Source: Felis catus (taxonomy: Eukaryota). From it: a DNA stretch of 64,000 nt. Under the pieces are notes generated by a model, which was given only the letters and a program-made list of their open reading frames with translations, was not told the origin of the DNA and ran no database searches. How positions within the stretch are numbered: position 1 is the stretch's first letter; each line of letters begins with the position of its first letter. The stretch lies in NCBI RefSeq assembly GCF_018350175.1, contig NC_058369.1, forward strand, positions 3,660,001 to 3,724,000, read 5' to 3'. Positions 35,601 through 48,870 of this stretch are shown piece by piece. Position numbers and translations under genes: made by a program.

Positions 35601-38600
35601 ATGGAATCATACAAAATGTGACCTTTTGTGTCTGGTTCTCTCACTGAGCATCTGTGCGGGGAGACTTGGCCTGTGGGTCTGGGGATAGGTTTGGAGGATG
35701 AGAGAGTTCTAGAACATCAGGCGTGCTGACCCAGCTCACCCGGAGGAGGTGCTCAGGCCGCCCTTTGCGTGCACGGTTCCAGACTCCTGTCCTCCGTGAT
35801 GAGTCTTCACCTGTCTGCCCTCTTCCTCCGGCCCAAGCCGGCCCAGGGGGTCCCCTGCGGGAGCTCTGTGTGCAGAGCAGGGCCTCCCCGCGTCTGCCGC
35901 ACAGAGCCGTGTGGCCCTGGCCCCCACCACCCTGGCTTGTCCGTATCCTGTGTTCTGTGGGGTCACCTCCTGGTCGGCAGGTCTGGGACCTCCCTGCCTG
36001 GAATCCTCCATGGCCTGAGTCAGGAACGGGTGTCCTGGTTCCTGCTGACGCGGTTGGCCGTGCGTCGTCCAGGGCCTGAGTGGGCCTCCTGGAGAGCTTC
36101 CTTTATTTATTTTTTAAAGGTTTATTTACTTATTTTTGAGATAGAGCACAGGCTGGGGAGGGGCAGAGAGAGAGGGAGACACAGAATCCGAAGCAGACTC
36201 CAGGCTCCGAGCTGTCAGCACAGAGCCCGACGTGGGGCTCGAACTCACGAGCTGTGAGATCATGACCTGAGCCGAAGTCGGGCGCTCAACCGACTGAGCC
36301 ACCCAGGTGCCCCCGGCCAGTGCCTTTTAAAAGTGAGCTGCCTCCTTGGGCCGCTTCCCTTTCCCGGACTGCCTGGCCCCAGCCCTGCCGGGGTTGGGAG
36401 TTGTCTCTTAGATGGCAGTCACTGGGTTTGGAGCGTCCCCGCAGCCCTCACAGAGCCCCGTGAAGCTCACCAGCTGTGGAGTTGCACGCGGGCCACGGCT
36501 CCTGCCCGGGTGTCCCCTACCCCGCGTGGTTAAAGAGGTAAGCGGATGCCCCCTTGCCCCCGAGGGGTAGTGGCACCCCCATACCGGGTGAGTCAGAGAT
36601 GCATCTGGGCAGATCAGGGAGGGCTGAGGGCCACGAGGGGTGTGCCGGCAGCCCCGCCTCCCCCCGCCTCCCCCCGCCTCCCCCCGTGTGCTCGGCCGGC
36701 GTCTTCCCTGTGGGCACAGGACACATGCCCGTGTGTGGGTGACTCTTCGTCCCTCTGGCAGAGGATACGGATGAGCCGGGGTGTCCCGAGTGCGGCGCTC
36801 GTGGGAAGACGCCCCACGGGTCCACGCGTGGATGCTAACCGAGTGCCTGGTGACACAGTTGGTCCCCCGCCTCATGCCGTATACAGAAGCTAACTCGGAA
36901 AGGACCGGTGACCTAAATGTGGGAGCTGAGGCTACAACACCCTTAGCAGGAAACAAGGACGCAGACGCCTTTCCTAAGGGAGTGCCGGCAGGTAAAGACG
37001 CAAAGCAAGCCCCTTGTGTCACTGGAGTTTTTCTCGTCGCCACAGTAGAAGGTAAAAAAAGCAGATGAAATTAATTTGATTAATGTATTTCTGCTGAACC
37101 TGACGTCCCCCGAATGTTAACGTTTCAGCCTGTAATCGCCATCAAAACAGTCCCCGAGTTGTCTTACGCTCCTTTGGGTTTTGTTTTGTTGGTACTGAGT
37201 CTCCAACATGCTTTGTGTATTTCACGCTCCATGCTGTCCCCCCCACCCCCAGGCCGGTCCTTGGGGAGGGACCCCAGGCCCTGGATGGGCTGAGCCGGCC
37301 GTGGGGGTGCCTGGCGCTTAGCGGAGACTGGCCCCTTCCATCCGCCTCCCGTTCCTGTCCCCCTTCCTGGGCCATCAGAATTTCTGGAGCTATCCGCCTC
37401 TAGCTGGAGACACGAGACAGATCCAACACAAACCAGCTCTGGCCACCGAGGGGCGAGAGGGGAGGGCGTTGACCCACTGCAGGCGGGGTGCGGCCAAGGG
37501 AGAGCCCTTGGGGGAGAGTCCAGGGGAGGTCCTGAGCCTTTCACGGAGGTAGGGTTCAAGCCAGCATTTGGAGGAGGAGGAGGTCAGGACAGCCTGCCTC
37601 GGGGAGGGCAGGGCTGACCCCCGGAGGGCCCTGTATTGGGGTGCTGTGGGGAAGTGGAAAAAGCTGAAGTCCCCGCCTGCGGTGCTGCCCCTCCCTCTGG
37701 GGTGTTGGGCTCCGGGGCTGGGGTCCCGATCCCACCCGTGCACCTTGCAATACGTTTCATCTTTGACGGGAGCGCCGAACCTCGTACCAGCTGTGAAGGC
37801 TGATGAGTCCTGGAGGCTAAGCCCGGGGCTGTGCGTTTGCGGCAGGGATGCTGGCCATGCTGGGGGGCTGTGAACTTAGAGCTTGAGACGTTTCCGGGAA
37901 GGAGTTGCAGGAACTTGAATGCTTCTTTGGCCGTGGGAAAACCCGGGAGAGAGACGCGTGTACGAGTATGGCTTGGAAATAGCCTTCCCCAGCTGCGGCC
38001 GGTCTTAAATGGCCTGAGGTCTCAAGGCAGGATGGCCGAGGGGGACGGACGGCTGGAGGCTCGTTCCCCACGCACCTGAGCTCCTACCGCTGTTTTCCGT
38101 CTCTGCCCTTATCTCCAAAACGGGGATGACAGGGAAAGTCTCCGCTTCCAGGGAGCTGAGATGCGCGCAGTCAATACGTGAAAATCCATTAGGGAAATAG
38201 TTCCCACCCCAGGGGACGCTGGGTGGCACCTGGTGACTTCCGTGGTCATCGTGAGTGGGGGTGCTCTTGACATCCGGGATGCTGCTCAGTGTCCCACAGT
38301 GCCGAGGACGGCCCCAAATGTCCCGATTTCAGGCACACCTGGTCCAGGGTGAGCCTTCAGTGACAGTTTTTGTCTGGGCTTCTGCTGCTGTCTTTCCTTG
38401 CCGTGAATCAAGGTGTTGGAACAGAAGTTTCTTTTTTTAAAAGTGTGTTTATTTTTGAGACAGAGACAGAGTGTGAGCAGGAGTGGGGAGGGGCAGAGAG
38501 AGAGAGGGAGACACAGAATCGGAAGCGGGCTCCCGGCTCCGAGCTGTCAGCACAGAGCCCGACGCGGGGCTCGGACTCGTGAAATGCGAGATCATGACCT

Positions 38601-41600
38601 GAGCCGAAGTCAGACGCTTAACCGACTGAGTCCCCCAGACGCCCCTGTTACAGGGTTTCTAAAGCCACTTTCCATTCCAGAATAGCCCGTGGTTTTTACA
38701 CCTCTGTTCTGTATTTGTGCTGGGAAAGAAGTTAAGAAACAATCGAGGTTATTCGAAGGCACCTTGAAAATCGGTTCGCGTTTCCTCCCTCTGGAGCTTC
38801 TTTATTTGAATGGGGCAGGTGGGAGGGTTTGGCCAGGGATTTAGGGGCCAGGAAGCATGGGCGCTGTTCCCCGGGGAGGCTGGACCCGAGTCAGCCAGGC
38901 CAGAACTCGGAGTCCCGTGGCCTGTTGCACATGCCTCATTGGGTTTTCTCCTCCGGTGAACCTGGGGTTTTGTGAACTTGGAGCCGGCCGGCTGGTGCCG
39001 CTCGGGCCTGCGGGCGGGTTCGGGGTGAGCCTGTGGCTTTTGCAGACCAGCTCTGAGTGTGAAAAGCCCTGCGTTGGGTATTGTGCCCCTCGGCCGCCCT
39101 GGCTCAGGCGTCCTTGGTGCGGCCACTGTGACACCCGCTTCCGGGAGCTGCCGCCTTGGGGTTCCAGCACCTGCTCCTTGAAGTCCCAGCTCTCTGCGTG
39201 TTAATTAACTTGGCCTTCAGCCAGAAGAAGGTCTGGAGACTCTGGGGTCAGCCAAGTCACGATGGCTGCTTCCCTCACGAGCCTCCTGGACGGGTCTTCA
39301 TTACCAACGTAACTTACCCTCACGATATAAAAATCGGCAGTGCCGGTGAGACGAAACCAAACCAGGAAAGGCCTTCTGCGTTCCTGTGAGCATCTCACGT
39401 GTGTTCAGTCAGTGTGGACTTGGCGAGGGTCCGTCTGTGGGCTCCTGGGGTCCAGCGGTCGGTTTGGGGGCGATGGGACGTGCTCCTTGCCCTGAGGGCC
39501 GATGCGGTAGCTGGGGAGGCAAGGATCCCTGGTTGGGGACTGGCCACGTGGCCCTGTGACCGGCAGGCAGGGGTCCTGTCACACAGCCTGATTGCCCGGG
39601 AGGCCTGGAGCTCAGCGTGGTCAGGATGGGGCGGGGGCCTGGCCCCCGGCGCCGGGGAGACGGGAGGTCGGAGTGGGCGCTCCAGAGGACGGGGCTGCCC
39701 CAGGCCCCTGGGCTGCTCGGGTGAACCGGGCCTGATAGAGTCCCGCGCTCCCCCTCGCCGGCGAGAGCGCCAGTGGGGCCTGCCGGGGGTTCTCTGGAAA
39801 CTGCCAGAACCCTCCGCTCTTTGCCTCCGTGTGTCTGCGTTTGGGATTTCCACCCCGGATGCGGAACAGCCCCGAGACATCAAAGGCTCCCCGGCTCTGA
39901 TTGGTGCCTTAAATGCTGGCCTTGCGCCCTGAGGTGCACACACTCCCTTGCTTGGCCCTCCGGTGAGCCTGGCCTGGACAGGGGTGGGGGTGGGGGGCCG
40001 GGCAGGGCTCCCGGAGCTGCCTCCACGTACAGGGACTCGGGAAGACCTCTCTGGGGGATTTTTGGGGGGATCAGCAGCTCGTCCTCACGACTTGGTTTGA
40101 GTGTGGAGCCAGCACTGAGAATGGGACCCCAGCTCCCAAATCTGCTCTGCCACTGACCTGGGGCGAACAGCACAGCCTCTCTGGGCCTCGGCAGCCTCGC
40201 GTGCTCCCCTCACCAGGGGACGGCAAGCCGCAACCGGGGCGATGTCCGTTAATAAGCGCTTGGGGGCGCCTGGGTGGCTCAGTCGGTTAAGCCTCCAGCT
40301 CTTGGTTTCGGCTCAGGGCATGATCTCGCAGCCGTGGGTTTGAGTCCCACATCGGGCTCTGCGCTGATGGCACAGGGCCTGCTTGGGATTCTCTCTCTGC
40401 CCTCTCTGTCTCTTCCCCCAGCTAGTGTTCTCTCTCTCAAAAGTAATCATTCCAAAAAAAAAAAAAAAAAGTGCTTGGCACAGGGACTCTTATCCCTGGC
40501 CACCAAGTGGGAACTTTGGGGTTTACGACCAGCAGACTCTACCAGCCCCCACTTTGTGGAAGAAAACAGAGTCTCACCACAGCCCTGCTGGCCTGGGAGC
40601 CCAGCATTAGACATCTCCAAGCTTAAGGTGCCAGGCGAGGTGCTAAGTAGCCCCTGGGTGCTGAAGTGAGAGCCCTGTGACCGGGAAAACAAGGGGTGGA
40701 CAGGAATCCTCTCCCAGGAGATGACACTTGGGCGGAGATCTGAATGACGAGGAGGTGCCAACCACGAGGACACCTGGAACAAGAAGTTCCAAGTGGAAGA
40801 ACAAATAGTACGTGCAAAGGCCCTGAGGCGGAGATGAGCTTGGCACGTTTGAGGATTGGGAGGCATCCCGTGTAGCTGGAACGTGATGAGCTGGCGGGAG
40901 ACCAGTAAGGCTGGGGTTCGCAGAGGCCAGAGCGAGTGGCTGTGTCGCTTAGGCTGCGGTGAGCCGGACCCCGTTCCAGGCAGGGAGAAGCCTGGGGAGG
41001 TGATGATGAAATAAGAGATTCATGTGTTTGCAGAGACCCCCTTGGTGGTGGGAGTACAGACTGGGGGCTGTCTTCGGCTGTCATCCAGGCCGGTCATGAC
41101 GGCGGCTCAGAAGAAGGTGGTCTGGGCTGGGGGCCAGCAGGACTGGACTTGGGGGATTGTATGTGTGGGAAAGACGAGCCGGTGCTGACTCCCAGGTTGG
41201 AACAGCTGGTTTCAAACCCGGGCCCCACCACTCCTCCCGGCTCTGTGACCTGGGGCAAGTTGCTCAACCTCTCTGAGCCCCCTCTTCCTTGCATGCTTCC
41301 AACGATGCTAGGTTGACAACCTGAGAGCGTTGTCGTGATTGGAGAAGTTGGAACGTGGGCGATTGGCACGGTTCTCCGCGAGGGGGCCTGTCTCTGGATG
41401 CTGGGCCCAGTGTGGAAGGTACTGGGGGATGCTTGTTCTTGCTTCTCCCAGGGCGGCCGGGCAAGGTGGGGCCATGTGAGCTCACCCTGTTGGTTGTGTC
41501 AGCCAGTCTTCCTTGCCTTTACTCTTTTCCTTATTTTTGTTGGTTGTTTGTGTATTTATTGGGGGGGGGGGCGGGCAGAGAGACAGGGAGAGAGAATCCC

Positions 41601-42899
41601 AAGCAGGCTCCGTGCTGTCTGTGCAGAGCCCAGCACGGGGCTCGGGCTCACAAACCGTGAGATCCTGACCTGAGCCCACACCGTCGCTTGACCCGCCGAG
41701 CCACCCAGGCGCCCCAGTTGTTCGCCCTTTTAAACGTTCTCGTTTACAGAGTCGGGACCTTGGTGTCGGAGCCGATCGGTTTCACCTGGAAGTGAGGACG
41801 TCGAAATCTGGTCTCCTGAGGATTTGCAGGAATCCCCGATCTCAGGCGTTCAGCTCTCCGCTCTGGAATGAGGGCTTGGGGTGGGTCGGTCCCCGCGGGA
41901 CTTCGCGGCAGCTGAAGGAGAAATTCTGTATGGGAAGCAAGCTCCTGGCGCCGGGCAGGGCTCAGTTTTAGAGATTGTGCTTTTAGGCAAATCTCAGATG
42001 CTGTTTGGAATGCTGTCATCCTTCCAGGTGGCACTCGGACCGCCCCCTGTCTCGTTAGGGTCTGTGATGGGCAGACACCGGGGCAGCCCTGGTCGCCTCT
42101 CTGGCCGTTGTCGCGGGGTGCATAGGAGACCAGAGGGCCTGCGGTCTTGATGGGACCGCTTGAAGGGTGTTTGTAAGTCTGGATGGTTCCGTTTATTCAA
42201 TCTTTGTAAGCTTTTTATTGTGGAGACTTGGAGCACACGCAGAGGGAGACAGGGTAGGGTGAAGAACCGTGTGTACCCGTCACCCAGCCCCCAAAGCGTC
42301 AGTCCGCGTAACGGTCTACCCTTCCTCACCTCCACGGTGAAATATTCCCCACGTTACCTTTTTAAACTGCGTATTGCCCGAGAATTGCAGACTCCCGAGA
42401 AGTTGCAGAAATAGTACAAAGAGGTCAGGTCCTGCGTGCTCCTCACCCGTCTTCCCCCAGTGGTGACGTCTTACGTAACCGCAGTCCGCCATCAAGGCTG
42501 GGAGGTTGACATTGGCACAGAGCATCGCCGGCCTTCCCGGGAATCCTTGCGCTCACCTGCTGGTGTGTCTTTGTGACGTCGCCCGCGTGGGTTTGCGTCA
42601 CCCCCCCTCGCACTCGAGATACACAGCTGTCCCGTCAACACGGGCGAGTTTCCTTGTGCTTCCCCCTCAGGGTGACCGGCCGCTCCCGTCCCCAGGTCCC
42701 CGCAACCACTCTGTTCTCTATAATCTAGTCATTTTGAGGATGTTACGGAATGAGACACCACGCGTAGCCTTCGGGGATTGGCTTCGTTCGCTTGTAGTCC
42801 CTCCATCTAGTTTGTCGCCCGTATCAGTCGCTCTTTGCTTTTTATTGTTCGGTATCCTTGCGTCATTTTATAATCCTCTGTATTTCTATAAGGTGCATA

Positions 42900-44820
42900 G
42901 TGGTAGTGTCTTGCATTCCTGATTTTAGCAGCCTGAATCTTTCCTCCCTTTTTTTCTTTGATCGGTCTACCTAGGGACTTATTAGTTTTGTTGATCTTTT
43001 CATGGAAACGACTCTTGGCTTCGGTTGGTTTTCTTTTATTCTGTTAATTTCTGCTCTGGTCTTTATTATTTTCTTCTTATTGATTGCTTTGGATTTAGTT
43101 TGCTCTCTCTCCAGTGCCTTCGGGTAGAAGTTTAGATTATTGATTTGCGAGCTGTCTTCTTCCAACATAGGCAGCTGTGAAGTCCCTCTAAGTATTGCTT
43201 CGCTGCATCCTGTAGGTTTTGGTTTATCGTGACTTAATTTTCATTAACCTCAAACTGTTTTCTAGTTTCGCTTGTGATATTTTCTTACCCATTGGTTATT
43301 TCACAGTATGATTTTTAGGGGGCGCCTGGGTGGCTCAGTTGGTTAAGCATCTGACTTTGGATCAGGTCATGATGTCTCAGTCTGGGAGTTCAAGCCCCAT
43401 GTCGGGATCTGTGCTGACAGCTCAGAGCCTGCATAAGATTCTGTCTCTCGCTCTGCCCCCCCCCTCGCCCCCCCCCCCCCCATTCATGCTCTCTCTTGTC
43501 TCTCTTAAATAAATAAACTTGGAGTACCTAGGTGGCTCAGTCAGTTAAGCATCCGACTTCGGGTCAGGTCATGATCTCACGGTTCATGGGTTCGAGCCCC
43601 ACGCCAGGCTCTGTGCTGACAGCTCAGAGCCTGGAGCCTGCTTTTGATTCTGTGTCTTCTCCCCTTCTCTGCCTCTCCTCTGCTCATGATCTGTGTCTCT
43701 TTCTCTCAAAAATAAACATTAAAGGGGCGCCTGGGTGGTGCAGTCGGTTAAGCGTCCGACTTCAGCCAGGTCACGATCTCGCGGTCCGGGAGTTCGAGCC
43801 CCGCGTCGGGCTCTGGGCTGATGGCTTAGAGCCTGGAGCCTGTTTCCGATTCTGTGTCTCCCTCTCTCTCTGCCCCTCCCCCATTCATGCTCTGTCTCTC
43901 TCTGTCCCCAAAATAAATAAACGTTGAAAAAAAAAATAAACATTAAAAAAATTTTTTTTAAAATAAACAGGCTGAAAAAAAAGTATGCTTTTAAATTTCC
44001 ACATATTTGTAAATCCCCGAATTTCCTTCCGTTACTGATTTCTAATTTTTCTTGTGGTCAGAGAACCTACTTTGTATGATTTGAAATTCCTGTTAATTTA
44101 ATGAGGCTTGTTTTATAGCCTAACATATGGTCTGTCCTGGAGGATGATTCCCATGTACTGAGAAGAAAGTCTGTTTTACTGCTCTTAGGTGGGGTTCTCT
44201 CCACACGTCTGTTGGTTTGGAGTGTTGCTCAAGGGTTTTCTTTCTTTCTTGTTTCTGCCTGGTGGTTGTATCCATCGTTGATAGTGGGGTATTGCTGTCT
44301 CCAACTACTGTTAATTGAATTTTCCGTTTCTCCCTTTTTTTCCATCAGTTTTCGCTTCGTGTACTTTGGGTCTTATTAGTAGATGCATGTGAGTTTATAA
44401 TTGTTATATTGTTATAAAACGTTCATCTCTAACATTTTTGTTTTAAAGCCTGTTTTGGGGGATATGAGGGCAGCCAGTCCGGTTTCCTTATAGTTGCTAT
44501 TTTATTTTCCATCCGTTCATGTGCAACCTACTAGTATCTTCGCATCTAAAGAGCGTCTTCTGGGGCGCCTGGGTGGCGCAGTCGGTTAAGCGTCCGACTT
44601 CAGCCAGGCCACGATCTCACGGTCCGGGAGTTCGAGCCCCGCGTCAGGCTCTGGGCTGATGGCTCAGAGCCTGGAGCCTGTTTCCGATTCTGTGTCTCCC
44701 TCTCTCTCTGCCCCTCCCCTGTTCATGCTCTGTCTCTCTCTGTCCCAAAAATAAATAAACGTTGAAAAAAAAATTTTTTTTAAAGAGCGTCTTCTATAGA
44801 CAGCATCTAGTTGGGTCTTG
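42900..44820 (-). mobile_element. Old LINE-1 ORF2 N-terminal fragment with four nested plus-strand SINEs (~43318-43960 x3; 44562-44780)
   Basis: Minus ORF 42971-43168 (SQINNLNFYPKALEREQTKSKA..KKIIKTRAEINRI) is a degenerate L1 ORF2 segment; the SINE at 44562 has perfect 15-bp TSDs TAAAGAGCGTCTTCT (44547-44561, 44781-44795). Confidence 0.85.
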
Positions 44821-44821
44821 T

Positions 44822-47202
44822 TTTTTTGTTTTTTTTTTTTTAAGTTTTAATTTAAATCCCAGTTAGTTAACATCCAGTGTAATATCGGTTTTAGGCTCAG
44901 AATTTAGTGATTCGACCCTTCCATACACCAACCACCACCTGGGGTTCATCACAACAGATGCGCCCCTTAATCCCCATAATCTGGGAACCCAATCCCCCCC
45001 CCCCCCCCCCCCGCCCCCGGTGACCGACAGCTTGTTCTCTATCGTTAAGAGTCTGTGTTGATCTGCTGCTCTCTCTTTTTTTTTTTTGCCCCCTTTGCTC
45101 ATTTGTTTTGTTTCTTAAGTTCCACATACGGGTGAGATCATACGATATTTGTCTTTCTCTGACTGACCTATCTCCCTTAGCATAATCCACCGTAGCTCCA
45201 ATGTTGTTGCCAGATTTTATGATTTTTTATGACCCAGTAATATTCCATTGCGTGTATGTCCCACACGTTCGTCCGTTCATCCGTTGACAGATACTTGAGC
45301 TGTTTCCGTAGTTTGGTTGTCGTAGCTAATGCGATAAACATCGGGGTGCACGTGCCCCTTTGAATTAGCATTTTTGTTTTCTTTGGGTAAATACCTAGTC
45401 GTGCAATTGCTGGGTCGTGGGGTGGTTCTATTTTTAACTTTTTGAGGCACCTCCACACTGTTTTCCGAAGTGGCTGCACCAGTTTGCGTTCCCACCAACA
45501 GTGCACGAGGGCTCCCCTTTCTCTGCATCTTCGCCAATACCTGTTGTTTCTTGTGTTTATTTTTTTTTTTAAACGTTCTTTATTAGTGAGAGAGCGAGAC
45601 AGAGCATGAGCATGGGAGGGGCAGAGAGAGAAGGAGACACAGAATCTGAAGCAGGGTCCAGGCTCTGAGCCACCAGCCCAGAGCCCGATGCGGGGCTCGA
45701 ACTCACGGACCATGACATCAGGACCTGAGCCGAAGTCGGACGCTTAACCGACTGATCCACCCGGGCGTCCCTCTTGTGTTTTTGACGTTAGCCATTCTGA
45801 CAGGCGTGAGGTGGTATCTCATTGTGGTTTTGATTGGTATTTCCCTGATGATGAGTGACGTTGAGCACTTTTTTAAGGTGTCTGTTCGCCATCTGGATGT
45901 CTTTCTTTGGAGAAGTGTCTGTTCATGCTTTCTGCCCGTTTTTTAGTTTGGTTTCATTGTTGGGGTGTTGAGTTTAATAAATGCATTATAGATTTTGGAT
46001 ACTAACCCTTTATGTGATATGTCATTTGCAAATACCTTCTCCCATTCTGTCCGTTGCCTTTTAGTTTTGCTGATTGTTCCCTTTGCTGTGAAGACGCCTT
46101 TTTATCTCGACGAGGCCCCAAATAGTTCATTTTTGCTTTGGTTTCCCTTGCCTCTGGAGACGTGTTGAGTAAGAAGTTGCTGCGGCCAAAGTCAAAGAGA
46201 TTTTTGCCTGTTTTCTCCCTGAGGATTTTGATGGCTTCCTGTCTTACGCTTAGGTCTGTCATCCATGTCGAGTTTATTTTTGTGTCTGGTGTGAGAAAGT
46301 GGTCTGGGTTCATTCTTCTGCGTGTTGCCCAGTTTTACCCACACCATTTGTTGGAGAGACTGTCTTTTTTCCATTGGCTGTTCTTCTCTGCCTTGTCGAA
46401 GATTAGTCGGCCATGTGTTTGTGGGTCTGTTTCTGGGCTCTCTGTTCTGTTCCGCTGACCCAGTGTTTCATGCCAGAACCGTACTGTTCTGATCACTACA
46501 GCTCTGCACTCTTATCTGAAGTCCAGAAAGGTGATGCCTCCAGCTTTGCTTTGCTCTGTCAAGGTTGCTTTGGCTATTTGGGGTCTTTTGTGGTCCCGTA
46601 TGAATTCTAGGATTGTTTATTCTAGCTCTGTGAAGAACGCCGGTGGTATTTTGATAGGGCTCGCGGTGAATGCGTAGATGGCTTTGGGCAGTGTTGACAT
46701 GTTAACGCTATTTATTCTTCCAACCCATGAGCATGGGCTGTCTTTCCATTTCTGTTGCGTCGTCTTCAGTTTCTTTCCTCAGTGTTTTATAGTTTTCAGG
46801 GCACAGGTCTTTTACCTGTTGGTTGGTTGGTTGGTTGGTTGGGTTTCCTCCTACATATCTTACGGTTTTTGGCACAATCGTAAATGGGATTTATTGCTTA
46901 ATTCCCGTTCCTGCTGCTTCATCATCGGTGTATAGAAATGCAACAGATTTCTGTACGTTGATTTTGCATCCTGTGACCTTGCTGAACTCATGTATCAGTT
47001 CTGGCAGTTTTTGGGTGGAGTCTTTCAGGTTTTCTATAGAGCGTCGTGTCATCTGCAGCTAGCGCGAGTTTGACTTCTTCCTTGCTGATTTGGATGCGTC
47101 TTATCTCTTTTGTTGTCTGATTGCCGAGGCTTGGGCCTCTAGTGCTGCGTCGAATCACAGCGATGAGAGTGGACATCCCTGTCTCGTTCCTGACCGTAGG
47201 AC
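44822..47202 (-). mobile_element. 5'-truncated carnivore LINE-1 (RT C-half to polyA), with a SINE nested at ~45558-45771
   Basis: Poly-T at 44822; degenerate ORF2 peptides [12 protein letters not shown] (FADD motif), DHFLTPDTKINSTWM and [36 protein letters not shown]; multiple frameshifts. Confidence 0.92.
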
Positions 47203-47295
47203 GGTGTCTGTTTAATCCGTCCACATTCGTTCGTTCATTCATTCATCTCTCTGTCGTCTTTTTTTAAAACTATCTTTTTTTTTAAGTTTATTTAT

Positions 47296-47331
<36 letters not shown>

Positions 47332-48450
47332 TGAGCAGGGGAGGGGCAGAGAGAGAGGGAGAGAGAGCATCCCAAGCAGGCTTCTTGTTCTCAGCACAGA
47401 GCCTGATGCAGGGCTCGATCTCCCGAACCGTGACATGACCTGAGCCTACCTTGTCAGACGTTCGACTGGCTGAGCCACCCAGGCGTCCCCTCTATCTATC
47501 TGTTTTTAAAGTAGGCTCCCCGCCCAACGTGGGGCTTGAGTTCACAACCCCGAGGTTAAGAGCCACACGCCCTCCTGACGGAGCCCGCCGGGCGCCCCTA
47601 ATCCATCCACGTTTCGTGTCATTATTGATGTGGTTGGAGTTCCGTCTGTTACCTGCCTTTTGTTTTCTGTCTCGTCTTTGGTTCCTCTCCTTTACTGCCT
47701 TCTTTGGCGTGAAGTGAATGTTTTCCAGGGTGATGTTTTAATGCCCAGAACGGTTTTTCTCACTTTACGTTTTGAAGTATGTTCCGCCGTTGGCTGTCGC
47801 TCTTCTCAGATGCGTCTTATCAGAATTCCCGGTAGGATTTGAAGCAAATCGATGCTGATTTCTTTCGCACTGAGCTTCCTTAGGATTAAGCTCACTCGGT
47901 CCGTGAAAGAGCCCGGGGGGCTCAGGGGCGCTCCTGTGCCCGTCCGTCTGCCCGCGTGGTGTCCGTCGTTCGTCCGTTCCTCCTCGCCCTCGGTGAGACA
48001 AGCGTGACAGAGCCCTCGCGGGACCGTCGCACGGGAAAGTGTCCGCGAGGTCCTGCCCCCTCCGGCCCGGGCTTGGGAGGCCCCGACGCTGCGTCATCAC
48101 CTTCTCTGTGGTTTTGGCCTCTTCTCCGTCGCCCCGTCTAAGCTGACTGGTTTGTGGCTCTGATGCTGTCCCGGGGTTCCAGATCTGGGTCACGCGTCAC
48201 TCCCACTCGCAGGCAGGCAGGCGGGCAGGCTGGTCTTGGGTGTAAGGCGGGCCCGGCGGTGAACCCGGAGACCGGTCTGCGGCAGGCGACGCGGGCGGTC
48301 CCAGCGTTCTGGATACATTCAGGCGGGGCTCCGAAGTGGTGGGCGAGCTCTGATGTGTTCATTTTCCAGGGTGCTGGGTTTTTTAAACGGCACCTTTATG
48401 AAGTAGAATTCCCGGGCCGTCCGCTCACCCTTTGAAAGCGCGTAATTCCG

Positions 48451-48870
48451 AGGCCCCTGGGGGGGGGCTCAGTCGGTTAGGCCTCCGGCTCTTGGTGTGG
48501 CCTCGGAACACGGTCTTACGGTTTGCGGGTTCGAGCCCCGTATCAGGCTCTGCGCTGCCGCTGCGGAGCCTGCCTGGGATGCTCTCTCTCCCCCTTCTCA
48601 AGGCTCGTCCCCTGCTCTCTCTCTCTCTCTCTCTGCCTCTCTCAAAAGAAAGAAACTTACACAAAAATTAAATCGACAGAATGTGTATTTTTGGGAGAGA
48701 GAGTGAGCGTGCGCGAGCAGGGGAGGCGCAGAGAGAGAGGGGACGGAGAAGCTGACGCAGGCTCTGTGCTGGCAGCAGAGGGCCCGACGCGGGGCTCGAA
48801 CTCACAAACCGCGAGATCATGACCTGAGCCGAAGCGGGACACTTCCGTGACTGAGCCACCCGGGCGCCCC
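48451..48870. mobile_element. Adjacent inverted (tail-to-tail) SINE pair
   Basis: Plus copy ~48451-48668 and minus copy ~48680-48870. Confidence 0.9.

Noticed and set aside
44822..47202. Possible active reverse transcriptase
   Set aside because: 5'-truncated and frameshifted, with a degenerate FADD motif and a SINE interruption
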